Below are positions 38,939 through 50,030 of a DNA stretch of 64,000 nucleotides, in pieces; positions within the stretch are counted from its first letter, which is position 1, and every line of letters starts with the position of its first letter. A program made the translations under genes and the position numbers. The notes under the pieces are model-generated. The model was not told the DNA's origin. It made no database searches and was given only the letters and a program-made list of their open reading frames with translations. The stretch is taken from positions 8,432,001 through 8,496,000 of the forward strand of contig NC_088815.1 in NCBI RefSeq assembly GCF_011386835.1, written 5' to 3'. Source of the stretch: Chrysemys picta bellii. Lineage: Eukaryota.

Positions 38939-39178
38939 GCCTCTGCCACGTCCAGCATGGCGCGCTCGGCACCGACCTGCTTCTACGCTGCGACGCTCCC
39001 GGCGGGAGGGTGGAATGGAGAGTGAATGGCACCAAGGTGGCCACCTCCGAGGCCGCAGTGGGAGGAGACAAGGACCAGCTCTTGCTGCAGAACGTCAGCC
39101 CGGCCCACGAGGGGGAATACAGCTGCCACCACCCCGGCACTGGGAAGACCCTGCGCAGGATTCGGCTGCGGGTGGGCT
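38939..39178 (+). CDS. EBI3: EBI3 Ig-like domain exon
   Basis: 240 nt, phase 1/1; C46...W55...EGEYSC91 Ig signature; gttgtAG / GTGAGT. Confidence 0.88.
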
Positions 39179-39504
39179 GTGAGTGCGTTGTTCCTTTGTG
39201 TGTGTGTGCGGGTTTCTCTCATTCTGCCCCTGCACCCACAGCTGCTGTGTCACAGACTGTCAGGAGTGGGGGATCGAACCTGGGACCTCAGGCTCTCAAT
39301 GCAGATGCCTCTGCTGCCTGAGCTAAAAGAGCCGCTTCTGTTAGCAAAGGCTGGGGCAGGCTGATCAGTGGGGTCCCCCCAGGGACAGAGCGCCAGGCTG
39401 AGTGGGGTGGGTGACGTGTGCTGCTCCAGGGTTGCGCTGCCCTGGATGTAGTCCGGCTTCCCCTGCAATGTCTGGGTGACTGTCCGTCCCTCCCCCTCCC
39501 GCAG

Positions 39505-39622
39505 CGCCCCCCGAGAAGCCTGCCGTTGAGTGCTGGGCTGTCAGTTACCCCCAGACCGTCGACTGTACTTGGAAGCTGGCGTCTGAACCGCGCCTGGAGA
39601 CGTATTTCATCACCACGTACAG
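39505..39622 (+). CDS. EBI3: EBI3 exon, first half of FNIII-1 (PPEKPAVECWAVSYPQTVDCTW...TTYR)
   Basis: 118 nt; class I cytokine-receptor C-x-W pattern; resembles human VQCRASRYPIAVDCSW. Confidence 0.93.
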
Positions 39623-39880
39623 GTAAAATCCTCCAGGGGCCAGCTGGGGACAAGGGGGAGAGGGAGGGAGAAAGGACCTGACCTCTAGGTGGTCCCCAAG
39701 TTTAGTCCCCAGGTGCAATCAGCCGACTCTTGGGGCATCACTCGTCTGCTGGGTGAGAGGCGAGCCCAGCCTCCCAGCTCGCCCTGGTAAGCCGTGGTAG
39801 CACAAAGCCCACGGGGTATGTGACCCTCTATGAGCACCAGGAGCCCATTGGACAGAGAGCTGCGTCCTCCCCTACTGCAG

Positions 39881-40053
39881 GCATGGCATGGGGGCCCAGG
39901 AGAACGAGTGTGTCCAGCCGGGGGCCGGGGCCAGTAGCTGCTCCATCAGCGACATCCAGATGTTTTCCATCACCCCCTACGTGCTGAACGTGACGGCCGT
40001 GAACCCGCTGGGCGCGACGATGAACCTCTTCCCCTTCATTGTGGAGCAGATCA
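39881..40053 (+). CDS. EBI3: EBI3 exon, second half of FNIII-1 (...SCSISDIQMFSITPYVLNVTAVNPLG...)
   Basis: 173 nt; PYVLNVTAV identical to human EBI3 as I recall it. Confidence 0.95.
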
Positions 40054-41019
40054 GTAAGAGTTCACAGCCCCTCGGGATAGGCCGCCATGGGGAGGGGAGG
40101 GCAGGGATCTCTGGGGGCTTGGGGGGCAGGGGCTCCAGGGCATAAGGGTGCATGGCACCACGCTTAAAGCAGGGCACTGGGGGTCAGGACTCCTGGGTTC
40201 TATTCTCAGAACTACCAGTGATTTGCTGCACGACCTTGAGCACGTCACTTAACCTCTCTTGGTTAGAGCAGCGGGAGTGGGAGTCAGGACTCCTGGGTTC
40301 TATGCCACCTCCACGGTGGTGCTTTCCCTGCACTTGGTGACCGGGGTAATGGGGTTGGGGAGGCGGGTTACCTAGTGGAGTGTGGGGCACCAGAGAAGAT
40401 ATTTCAGTCAATCTGACCATCGCGTTTCAGATACCAGCGGGACTGGCTGGATTGGGGACGGAGACTGGGAATCTCAAAGGAGACCTGCGGGACAGACCCA
40501 TCCCCCCTTGGGGTCCGTGGGGTATCCCAGCCAAAACGGGCCGGGTCCTTGCTGGGTCACGCAGCTCACCTGGGATGGAAAGTCCCCCGGGTCTGCTGGC
40601 AGCTTGGAGGCCTTTGTGCAATGAGCCGGTGGGTCTCAGCCCATTGTGCGATGGGCAGGCGCCACTTCCCAAAGCTTGGCACCGCAGGCCCATGCTGAGA
40701 AGTGTTCCCTCTAGCTCTGGGGTGAGACTCTCTAGTGGGCAGCTGTGCCTGGGAAACCGCCCCTGCCCCTGCCATACGGTGCCACGACAGAGCCAGTTCT
40801 GGCTGGCTGGACCTTACCATGAGGACGTTGGGATCTCATGGGCCCCAGCAGGAGCCCTGGTGGGTATCAAAGAGCACAGCCCTGGGACACTCATCGTGCT
40901 GGGCTCCCCAGCTGGCGCTGCTGGGCAAAGCAACAAGACTGCACCCGCCGCTGGTGCGGAAGGACTCGGGCTGCCAGATGGACATGGATTTGGGGTGATT
41001 GTTCTGTGTGTTTTGTTAG

Positions 41020-41183
41020 TCCGGCCGGATCCCCCGGAAGACCTGAAGGTCTCCCCCATCCCTGGGGAGCGCAAGAAGCTGCTCCTGGAGTGGCAGCCGC
41101 CCAGTTCCTGGCCCTTCCCACAGTACTTCCCACTCAAGTACCTCATCCGCTACGCGAGGGAGGGAGCCAACAGCAACCGAACG
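41020..41183 (+). CDS. EBI3: EBI3 exon, FNIII-2 (IRPDPPEDLKV...WPFPQYFPLKYLIRY)
   Basis: 164 nt; PDPP hinge and SWPFP motif. Confidence 0.95.
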
Positions 41184-41914
41184 GTGAGTGCCCACGACGC
41201 CCCGGCGCTCTCGGCTCCAGCAGTTCGCGGGTTGCTGTCGGTTCGCTTTGCTTCGCGGACGGCGTTGAGGGCAGCCGGTGCACTCAACCCACTGGAGAAG
41301 GCCCCGTTTGCCCTCCCAGGCCCGTCGGTCCAGGCGGGACCCGTCTGGGTGAAGGCCGTTATCTGCTTTGGCATAGAAATGGCGCCAATCACGTCCTGCC
41401 CGCTGCCCACACCGGGACTGCAGGGTCTGAGCGAGGGCAGAGAGTCGCTGCTTTGCTTTTCTGAGCGTGCTGAAGAGCCGCAGAGCTGATTAATGGGGAG
41501 GTGGGGGGATCCCCATCCCCTCAATTCTCTATCCCTTGGCTCTGTTCCTCCTGGGGGCAGATTCTTACACGTTCTTCTGAAGCAGCGAGCGCTGCCCACT
41601 GTCTGAGGCGGGAGGCTGGGCTAGTTGGGCCCCGGATCTGATCCACTCAGGGAATTCCTCTGGTGCTCTAAGCTGCTCCTCCTCCTCCGTCTTTCTGCGC
41701 AGCGTCTCGTACAGCGCTGAGCACGGTGCCGCCTCTTCTGTACCTTAGCTTTGCCCAAGCTCACGGGGCGAGTCCAAGGCAAAGCCTGGTATAGAAGCTC
41801 TGTTTCCTGCCTCCCAGTCTGCTAGGCAACCTCCCCTTGCGTGTGGCCCTGCAGGGTTCCCGCGGGGCATGTTCCCGGCCTAACCCCACCTCCGCCGCAT
41901 GTGTTGCCCCCCAG

Positions 41915-42067
41915 ATCGGGCCGTACGAGCAGACCTCCTTCATCCTGACTGGGATCCGCCCCAGAGCCGTTTACCACGTGCAAGTGGCAGCCAAGGACTT
42001 CACGGACTACGGCGACTACAGCACCTGGAGCCCGCTGGTATCTGGCACCCCCTGGACGCAGCCGTGA
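41915..42067 (+). CDS. EBI3: EBI3 last coding exon (IGPYEQTSFIL...DYGDYSTWS...TQP*)
   Basis: WSXWS-like YSTWS; no transmembrane segment; total CDS 933 nt (310 aa). Confidence 0.95.
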   Translation: MGPYEQTSFILTGIRPRAVYHVQVAAKDFTDYGDYSTWSPLVSGTPWTQP

Positions 42068-44287
42068 GCGGGGTTGTCTGGTGCGGCCAGAAGCTCTCGC
42101 ACTTGCCTCCCAGTGGGGTCAAGATTTGACTTGCTTTCGCCTTCACCTTCCACTCAAGTGGCTGTAATTCACCTGACAGAAAACCCAGGAGCTGGGTTGA
42201 GATGGGAGAGGGTCCCTATGCTGAGATTCTCCTTTCTGCTGCTGGGCTCTCAAAACCCCTCTGTCCTTCTCCTCGCCCCCAGTCCGCCGTGGGTAACAGC
42301 ACCCACTTCTTGCCAACCTGGCTGCTGGGGCTTTGTTGTTGTTGCTGCCCCGTGTAACCCACTGCGGGATTCAACCTGCTGTGGGCCTCAGACGCTGGGG
42401 ACGAGTTTCCTTGGAGCAGAGGAAGTACGTGCCCCACTGGTAGGCGTGTGGGACGAGGCCCCCTCTGGGCCGGTTCACCGAGGACATGAGTCTGGTGCAG
42501 TCCCATCTCCGGAGCAGCGTTTCTGCTTTCAGCTCGGGAGGTCCCCAGGGTGGCTGTGTGTGTCAGTGAACCCTCCCAACTCAGACCATGGTTCCCAAGA
42601 GAGACGGGGCTACATTCCAGCCCAAATCCTGCTCTTTGGACAAAGCATGGTTCAGCTACTGAGTCAAAGCCAAGCTGGCAGCAGGAGGTGCCACTCCTTC
42701 CCCGGGCCCCTCCCTCAAGGCTGGCTGTGGCCAGTTCACTTCAAACGCCCCTTTTGTCCTCTTCCTGAGCCTGGTTTCCCACCCGCGCCGGCAGACCCTC
42801 TTCCCAGTGCCCAGTGTCTTCTGGTTTCCTGCCCCTTCTCCAGCCAGTTCCCTTCCTGTCTTCCTCCCGCATGATGGATGCCCTCCTCTCCCTGTATCCC
42901 TGTCCTCGGTGCCAGACCCACCATCCTACTCCTAAAGAGGATACAGCACGGGAGGCCCTGTGGACCAAATCATGGTGTTGTGCCACCAGCTTCTCATCTC
43001 CCATCTGTCAGTGCCTTGGAACTGTGCAAGTATTATCTGGCTTTGCAGCGAATTTATAATGAGCAGCAGCTGACCTTGTAACCGATTGACATGTGTGTGA
43101 TGTCACAGGGATAGGAGTATCCCATGTCCACAGGCATAGCTTATATGTCTGGTTTTCCTATCGATAAGGCATCTTGTAATCAGGTTAAACATATTTAGAA
43201 TAACCAAAATACTCAAAGAAAATACGCATTTTTTAGCCAAAGAAGTCAAAATGCTCGGGCATTCTCTCCGAGAACGTGCTCTTCAGTGCAGAATGTGTAC
43301 CGTAGAGAAATCAAAAAGCGAATGGATAAAAGAAATAAATGGCAATTATATTAAGCGATGGTCTGGCTGATGTACCTTTCGGCTTCGGGGATTTAGGTTT
43401 ATCACATTTCTATTCATCATCTATTTTATTAGATTTTTGCCAAGAGACAGAGGCTGTTCAAACAAAGAAGAGAAAAATATCTTACTTTTAAATAGCATCT
43501 TTCGTTGCAAAGTGTCCACTCCTTAAAGTGTTTTACAATCTAAGCCCCTAACCCTGCAAAGACTTACACACCTACTTAGTAAGCCACCAGTGGGGCTACT
43601 CGTGCGTATAAAGGTAAGTACATGAGTGTTCTGCAGCATCTCAGTTTATGGGCTTGATCCTGCCAATGCTTTTGCTACTGAGCACAGGATTGCTTAGTAT
43701 CATGAATGATCCTATGAAGTACATTCGTCACATTAGACAGCGCTGTGCCTGGCAGGGAATGTCTGCAGGATCAGGCCTTAAAATACTCAACTTGAGGATT
43801 GCTGAATGCAGCCACCTCTGGGGTGGAGCCTGGTGGTTGTTTGACACAAGAGTGTAGGATAGGGAGAAGTAAGAATACCATATCCATTTGAAACTACAGC
43901 TTAGTGTGAGGGCAGCGTTTTGGCCTGTTGCTCTAGTATATTTTATAAGGACTTTCTTATGTCCTAGTAAGATTAAATTTGATTTTTAAATCTAGATTGG
44001 ACGTTTGCGCTAACAGATGTGTGTCAGTTCAAACGGGAATTAATTCAGGGATGCCTTATGGCCTGTGTTATACGTAGGTTTGGCAGCATTCGGTTTTTAT
44101 TTTGTTATGATTTGGATGGATAATATTACTGCTTATTTTTAAGCATTTTTTCCCAGTTTTTATCTATTTAAATTTTCACGGTTATGGGAAACACTAGACT
44201 TTGAGATTCAAAAAGTTAAAGCTTTATAACCATGAGGAGCACAAATTGTCAACATAACATGTAAATATACAAAGTAAATATCCTTAC

Positions 44288-44918
44288 TATGGTTGCCAAC
44301 TTTCCCATTGCAGAAAACCAAACACCCCGCCCCACCCCCTGCCCCGCCCCTTCTCCGAGGACCCATCCCTGCTCACTCCATCCCCCCTCCCTCTGTTGCT
44401 CGTTCTTCTCCACCCTCGCTCATTTTCAGCAGGCTGGGCAGGGGGTTGGGGTGCAGGAGGGGGTGAGGGCTCTGGTCGGGTGGCGCTCATCTCGGGCAGC
44501 TCCTGGGCAGTGGGGCTAAGGCAGGATCCCTGCCGGCCTTGGCCCTGCACCTCTCCCGGAAGTGACCAGAACATCCCTGTGGCTCCTGGCGGGGGGGGGG
44601 CTCCACGCTGTCCATGCCCTCAGCCACACACACCCCATAGCTCCCATTGGCCACAGTTCCTGGCCGATGGGAGCTGCGGATTCGGTGCTGGGGGCAGCAC
44701 ACAGAGACCCCCTGACCTCCCCCCTAGGGGCCGCAGGGAGATGCCGGCTGCTTTCAGGAGTGGCGCGGGGCCAGGGCAGGCAGGGAGCCTGCCTTAGCCC
44801 CACTGCACCACCAGACATTTAGTGGCCTAAAATCTTCCGGTTTGGCTTCAGTAGCCTCCAGGAGAAAGAGCCCGATTCCGGGAGACTCCTGGCGAAACGG
44901 GGAGGCTTGGCAACCCTT
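44288..44918. mobile_element. ~630-bp non-autonomous hAT-like element (TAGGGTTGCCA-type TIR) upstream of YJU2
   Basis: Ends TATGGTTGCCAAC / TTGGCAACCCT; related to 2388-2962; no clean TSD. Confidence 0.75.
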
Positions 44919-45299
44919 CCCGCTAATGGCGGAAGAGCGTGTGTATGAAACTCGAGCGTTGCTGGAACATGCTCTTTCCAGGGGCAGCGAGAGCTCTGGC
45001 GGTGTTTCTGGGCCTTCTTGCCCCTGCGGTGCCGAATGCGAGACCCGCGTGGCATTGCACTATAAACCCTGCACGTCCCCGTGCAATGGGCAAACTCAGG
45101 AGTGGGCGGCTTGCTGCCTGGTTTCTCTGTACACTACACAGGAGGGGAGAGCAGCCCCTAGGCCCGGCCGATGCACTGAACCCCACAGAGCCTCTAATGC
45201 TGATCTAGCCCTGTAGCAGGTAAGGCAAGGCTAGGCTAGGCTCCTCCCGGAACCTTTCTCGTCTGGGGTTTACGCCTAGACGGGCCTCTTTAGCTGCAG

Positions 45300-45492
45300 C
45301 ACACGAGCCAGTGGGCGGGGTCTGAGCGTGATGGGCGGCAGGACGAGCCAATAGACAACAAGAGAGCTCGGCGTTACCTTATTTCAGGCCAATGGGAGGG
45401 GCGGGCGCTGGCTCCAGGAAGTGCCCGTGGCGCTGTGGTGGGCGGAGAGTTAGCGCGGGGCGGACTCGGGCTGGGCACAGGCAGGGGGCAAA
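45300..45492 (+). promoter_or_regulatory. YJU2 CpG-island promoter / 5' UTR
   Basis: CCAAT boxes at 45348 and 45389, GC boxes (~45313, ~45398), ETS-like CAGGAAGT at 45415. Confidence 0.7.
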
Positions 45493-45516
45493 ATGTCGGA
45501 GAGGAAGGTTTTGAAT
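45493..45516 (+). CDS. YJU2: YJU2 exon 1 (MSERKVLN)
   Basis: Conserved N-terminus; GTGAGT donor. Confidence 0.95.
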
Positions 45517-45559
45517 GTGAGTAGGGGGCAGCCTGCGGCGCGGCGCGGAGACGGGGGGA

Positions 45560-45815
45560 GGGGCCCCGGAGACGGGGCCCCGTAGTGGGGGAGGGGACCG
45601 GGGGACTGGTAGTGGGCTGGAGGAGGGGGAGAGCTGGGGGCCCCGTAGCGGGGGAGGGGACTGGTAGTGGGCTGGGGGAGGAGTGGGGGCCCTGGGGCCC
45701 TGTAGTGAGGGAAGGGACCGGGGGCCCTGTAGCGGAGGAGGGGGAGAGCTGGGGGCCCCGTAGTGGGGGAGGGGAGGAGGGGGAGAGCTGGGGGCCCCGT
45801 AGCGGGGGAGGGGAG
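45560..45815. repeat. G-rich minisatellite (~30-40 bp units, ggggagagctgggggccccgtagcggggga) in YJU2 intron 1
   Basis: About 7 recurrences of ggggcccc.gtag.gg. Confidence 0.85.
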
Positions 45816-46034
45816 AGGTGGCAACTATGTCTGTTCTGCTGAGAGGCCTTATAAGCTTTGGGTGTCGGTAGCTTCTGGTGTGAGTGTGGGGAGCCCTGAC
45901 ATTGACGCCCTGCTCCGATCCTCGGTGGATCCCAAAGTGCTGGCGCAATGGGTGATACCCTCTTCCCTCACCCCCCATTTCACACCCTCACCCCCCAGCC
46001 TCCCTGCTGATGCCTTTCTGCTTTGTTCTTCTAG

Positions 46035-46135
46035 AAATACTACCCGCCGGATTTCGATCCGTCTAAAATCCCGAAGCTCAAGCTCCCAAAGGACCGGCAG
46101 TATGTTGTGCGGTTGATGGCCCCGTTCAACATGAG
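46035..46135 (+). CDS. YJU2: YJU2 exon 2 ([16 protein letters not shown]...APFNMR)
   Basis: 101 nt; conserved KYYPPDFDP. Confidence 0.96.
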
Positions 46136-47247
46136 GTGAGAGAGATGGTGCTGGCAGTATGTGTACCGGAGAACCTATGGGAACACTGTTCTGTCACAAG
46201 AGATTGGCAGGTTTCATAGGATATCCCTCCTCTTGATTCTTTACTGTGTTTCCGTCGAGCTGACCATGGGATGGAGGGTGAATCTAGCTATTTGCTGAAC
46301 GTACTGACTGGATTTTGGTAATGAGGAGTGATTGTGAGACTTTGGCTGTTTTTTTTTTTTAGCAAGTTAATGTGTGCACCACAATATTTACAACGGACGT
46401 AACCTTTTGGGGGGCAGGTCGGTTTTGTATAGCTATGAACTAAATAGCAGAATCCCCTCTAGAATGGCTTAATTGAGACACTCCCAAACTACTATGTATG
46501 CACGTATCACCTGATGCTTAAATGCCAGGGCTGACCAAATGTTCCCCTGCTGTATTCATAAGGGGCTTTCAGGCAGGCCTGAGGACAGCATGACCAGGCT
46601 CAACTCCACCCGGTCTTTTGCTTGTGGTGGACACACCTGCCTCTTTAGATTCAGCCTCTACTGTTGCTGTGAAAACCTCATAGAAACCAGGGGGGTGGAA
46701 AGAATGGTCTAGTGGCTGTGACTCTGGCGACCTGGGTTCAATTCCTGCCTTGGCTACAGACTTGTGGTGTGAGCTTGGGCAAGTTACCCAATCAACCCTA
46801 TGCCTAAATGCCCTGTGTTTGTTTTTTAACTAATGGGGGACGATATCTGTCCACTAATAATTATATAATAATATCCATTAATGATCGTGAGGTCCTCGGA
46901 TTCTACAGTGACGAAGACCATATAAGTACCTAAATGTGCAGAGTGTGCAGGCGAACGCCCCACTCCGGAGCAGTATGTCGGAGGGAGGCAACTGTCAATC
47001 GGCAGAAGTGACACTGATCAAAGATTAAATGGGAAAAATAGCAATGTAGCTAATGTCTTTCTATTCTGGTCATCTTAGAGGTTGTGTATAACAATAGGTA
47101 CCAAATGTTCAGATGGGAATGCGATTCTTAAATTACAATGCCCATTAAAACTAGGCTCCGCCCCTTTGTATGTCAGTTAGACTTCTGTCTTTCTCTAGGC
47201 TTTTATTACATTGTGGACCTAATTCACGTTCTCTTTGCTTCATGTAG

Positions 47248-47392
47248 GTGCAAGACTTGTGGTGAGTACATCTATAAAGGCAAGAAGTTTAATGCCCGCA
47301 AAGAGACTGTTCAGAATGAAATGTACCTGGGGCTTCCCATCTTTCGCTTCTACATCAAGTGCACCCGCTGCCTGGCAGAAATCACATTCAAG
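47248..47392 (+). CDS. YJU2: YJU2 exon 3 ([19 protein letters not shown]...[12 protein letters not shown])
   Basis: Zinc-binding CxxC...CxxC; 145 nt. Confidence 0.96.
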
Positions 47393-47511
47393 GTGAAGAT
47401 TTTGAGAGTTCTGTAGCTGGGCTCTGGCAGCCTGGTGTAGATCAGGGCAGTGAGTGTCAGGAGATCTCCATTCCAGTCCTAGACGGTTCCCAACAAATGC
47501 TACTATTTTAA

Positions 47512-47769
47512 AAAGAAGAACAGGAGGACTTGTGGCACCTTAGAGACTAACAAATTTATTAGAGCATAAGCTTTCGTGGACTACAGCCCACTTCTTCGGA
47601 TGCATATAGAATGGAACATATATATGTTCCATTCTATATGCATCCGAAGAAGTGGGCTGTAGTCCACGAAAGCTTATGCTCTAATAAATTTGTTAGTCTC
47701 TAAGGTGCCACAAGTCCTCCTGTTCTTCTTTTTGCGGATACAGACTAACACGGCTGCTACTCTGAAACT
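47512..47769. mobile_element. Penelope-like inverted-arm insertion forming a perfect palindrome
   Basis: TSD TACTATTTTAA (47501-47511 / 47770-47780); arms 47510-47621 and 47622-47733 are exact reverse complements. Confidence 0.88.
47640..47679 (+). ncRNA. Hammerhead-like motif with variant core CCGAAGA (mirror copy on the - strand at 47564-47603)
   Basis: GCAU-CCGAAGA-A-GUGGG[CUGUAG]UCCAC-GAAA-GC-UU-AUGC. Confidence 0.6.
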
Positions 47770-48110
47770 TACTATTTTAAGATAACCAGAGGTCAAATTT
47801 TGCATCCTAACTACTTCATCTGTATTCCCTTTTTAACAAACAGTAAAGTGTCTCATCTACAGTCTGAGTAGGGCACTATTGCGGCTCAAATGTCTGAGTA
47901 CCATGGGTGTTTCTAGGGCATAAATAATCATTCTTTTGGCAGGTGATGTGAATAAAACAAGGTTGAAGTGCTTTGTGTCGTTTTATGTGTTGCTTTGAAA
48001 ATCATACTGGCTGTTCATTACCAGCACCGAATAGATTGACAATGACTGGAGCAATAGCAGCCTGTGGCATGTTCACAATAATTCCCTTGCATTGCCCCTG
48101 TCTTCCTCAG

Positions 48111-48245
48111 ACGGATCCGGAGAACACAGACTACACCATGGAACATGGCGCCACTCGGAACTTCCAAGCTGAGAAGCTGTTGGAGGAAGAGGAGAAGAGG
48201 GTGCAGAAGGAACGAGAGGAGGAAGAGCTGAACAATCCCATGAAG
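48111..48245 (+). CDS. YJU2: YJU2 exon 4 ([18 protein letters not shown]...LNNPMK)
   Basis: 135 nt. Confidence 0.96.
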
Positions 48246-48585
48246 GTATCTGAATGCGCCCCCTAAGTCCTAAATATTGGACTGAGATTTGCAGGCCTCA
48301 GGCCACTTGTGCTTCAGTGCATTGAAGGAAGCTACTGCCCCAGTTCTGCAACTTTGGAACTGGCCTAGGCAGAGGTGATAACTGAGGTCCCTGCTGGCAG
48401 TAGGTTCTGTCTTATCCTGGAATGAGTAAAGAGAGTTTACCACAATCTTTAATTGTACTTCTTAAGATCTGAAAACGAGGCTCCCTATACTCATGCTATT
48501 GCACGTCTAGTACTCATGCTAAACTCTGTCACTTAGGTACCATGGCAGCAGGCACCTTAGAATTGCCATACTAGTAATGGAAGCT

Positions 48586-48968
48586 AATGGGATTATTTAG
48601 TCTGCAGAAGAGAAGAATGAGGGGGGATTTGATAGCTGCTTTCAACTACCTGAAGGGGGGTTCCAAAGAGGATGGATCTAGACTGTTTTCAGTGGTAGCA
48701 GATGACAGAACAAGGAGCAATGGTCTCAAGTTGCAGTGGGGAAGGTTTAGGTTGGATATTAGGAAAAACTTTTCACTAGGAGGGCGGTGAAGCACTGGAA
48801 TGGGTTACCTAGGGAGGTGGTGGAATCTCCTTCCTTAGAGGTTTTTAAGGTCAGGCTTGACAAAGCCCTGGCTGGGATGGTTTAGTTGGGGATTGGTCCT
48901 GCTTTGAGCAGGGGGTTGGACTAGATGATCTCCTGAGGTCCCTTCCAACCTGATAGTCTATAATTCTA
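48586..48968 (+). mobile_element. 5'-truncated CR1 LINE 3' fragment in YJU2 intron 4
   Basis: ORF2 C-terminus [22 protein letters not shown]...RFRLDIRK plus CR1 tail ending ctataattctata. Confidence 0.9.
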
Positions 48969-49037
48969 TAATACAGTTCCTGAGTTGTCGGTGTGGCTTA
49001 CCCAGTACTTCAAGGGCTTTCCCGCTTTCCCCGCTAG

Positions 49038-49219
49038 GTTTTGGAGAACCGGACGAAGGACTCCAAGCTGGAGATGGAGGTTCTGGAGAACCTGCAAGAG
49101 CTGAAGGAGCTGAACCAGCGTCAGGCAAATGTGGACTTCGAATCCATGCTGAAGCAGTATAAGGACTATGAGGAAGAGCGGAAACGAAGGGAGCTAGAGG
49201 AGGATGAGACGGAGATGAA
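49038..49219 (+). CDS. YJU2: YJU2 exon 5 ([14 protein letters not shown]...EDETEMK)
   Basis: 182 nt; AA|GTGAGT. Confidence 0.95.
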
Positions 49220-50030
49220 GTGAGTCAGCTGGAAACGTTGCTCATGTTTGAGTTCTGGTCACGCCTGGATATGTGACACTTTCCAGGCTGCCCCCTGTGG
49301 GCTGGGCAGTCGTCTTAACACCCCCCACAGTATTTTAATGGGAGGGACAGTGCCAGAGATCCAAAGGAGGGTAACGTTTGCGATCTGCGGTGGTGGGATT
49401 TGTGCATGGTAGGGCTGTAGTGTGGATTGGGATGTGAGGAGATCTAGTAGGATGGCTGATGTCCGATCTATCTAGACATACAGGTAAAGGACACACATGA
49501 GGAGTGGTGGCCCTAATACTGAAAGAGGTAAGGGAAATATAAGTGACCTGTTCCTCCACGGGGAGGTGTTTGCATGCCAAAAATCACGGTCCCAGTTGGC
49601 ATTTTCGGCAAAGAGATCAGAGACTGAGCTGGCCTCTGAGACTGAACTCTCCTTGAGAGGAGGCCTCTTCCAGGGTGTAGGGCTAGAGTACCTTTGTGTC
49701 AGGGTGTGGGGAGAACCCCTACCACAGTGTCTATGGTATTATTCTGGGGCTAAATGAAAGACCTTTCAGCAGCACTGAACTGCACCTAAAAAGGAGACTT
49801 GGAGTGCTGCACGGATTCCAGGCCTGCCAAGCTGTAACAGCTAACACTGGGAAGGGAAGATGCTGTCTGGCAGCATTGTGGAGCTGTTGAATTCTGGCAG
49901 AGTGCCTGTCCCAGCTCAGTTGTAACATATCAGAACTACAGTGTGTGCAGGACAACACCGGTTCTCTGCAGGTCTCATGAAGGTGGATGGTTTTTGACTC
50001 CAAGGCCAAAAGTCCACAGAGATCATCTAG

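Noticed and set aside
40140-40320. Apparent local repeat in EBI3 intron 4
   Set aside because: Adjacent fragments of an ancient tRNA-derived SINE (gagtcaggactcctgggttc) that occurs throughout the window, for example at 55170
40380-41489. 369-aa ORF
   Set aside because: Only 41020-41183 resembles EBI3 and is bounded by splice sites; the rest is GC-rich intron
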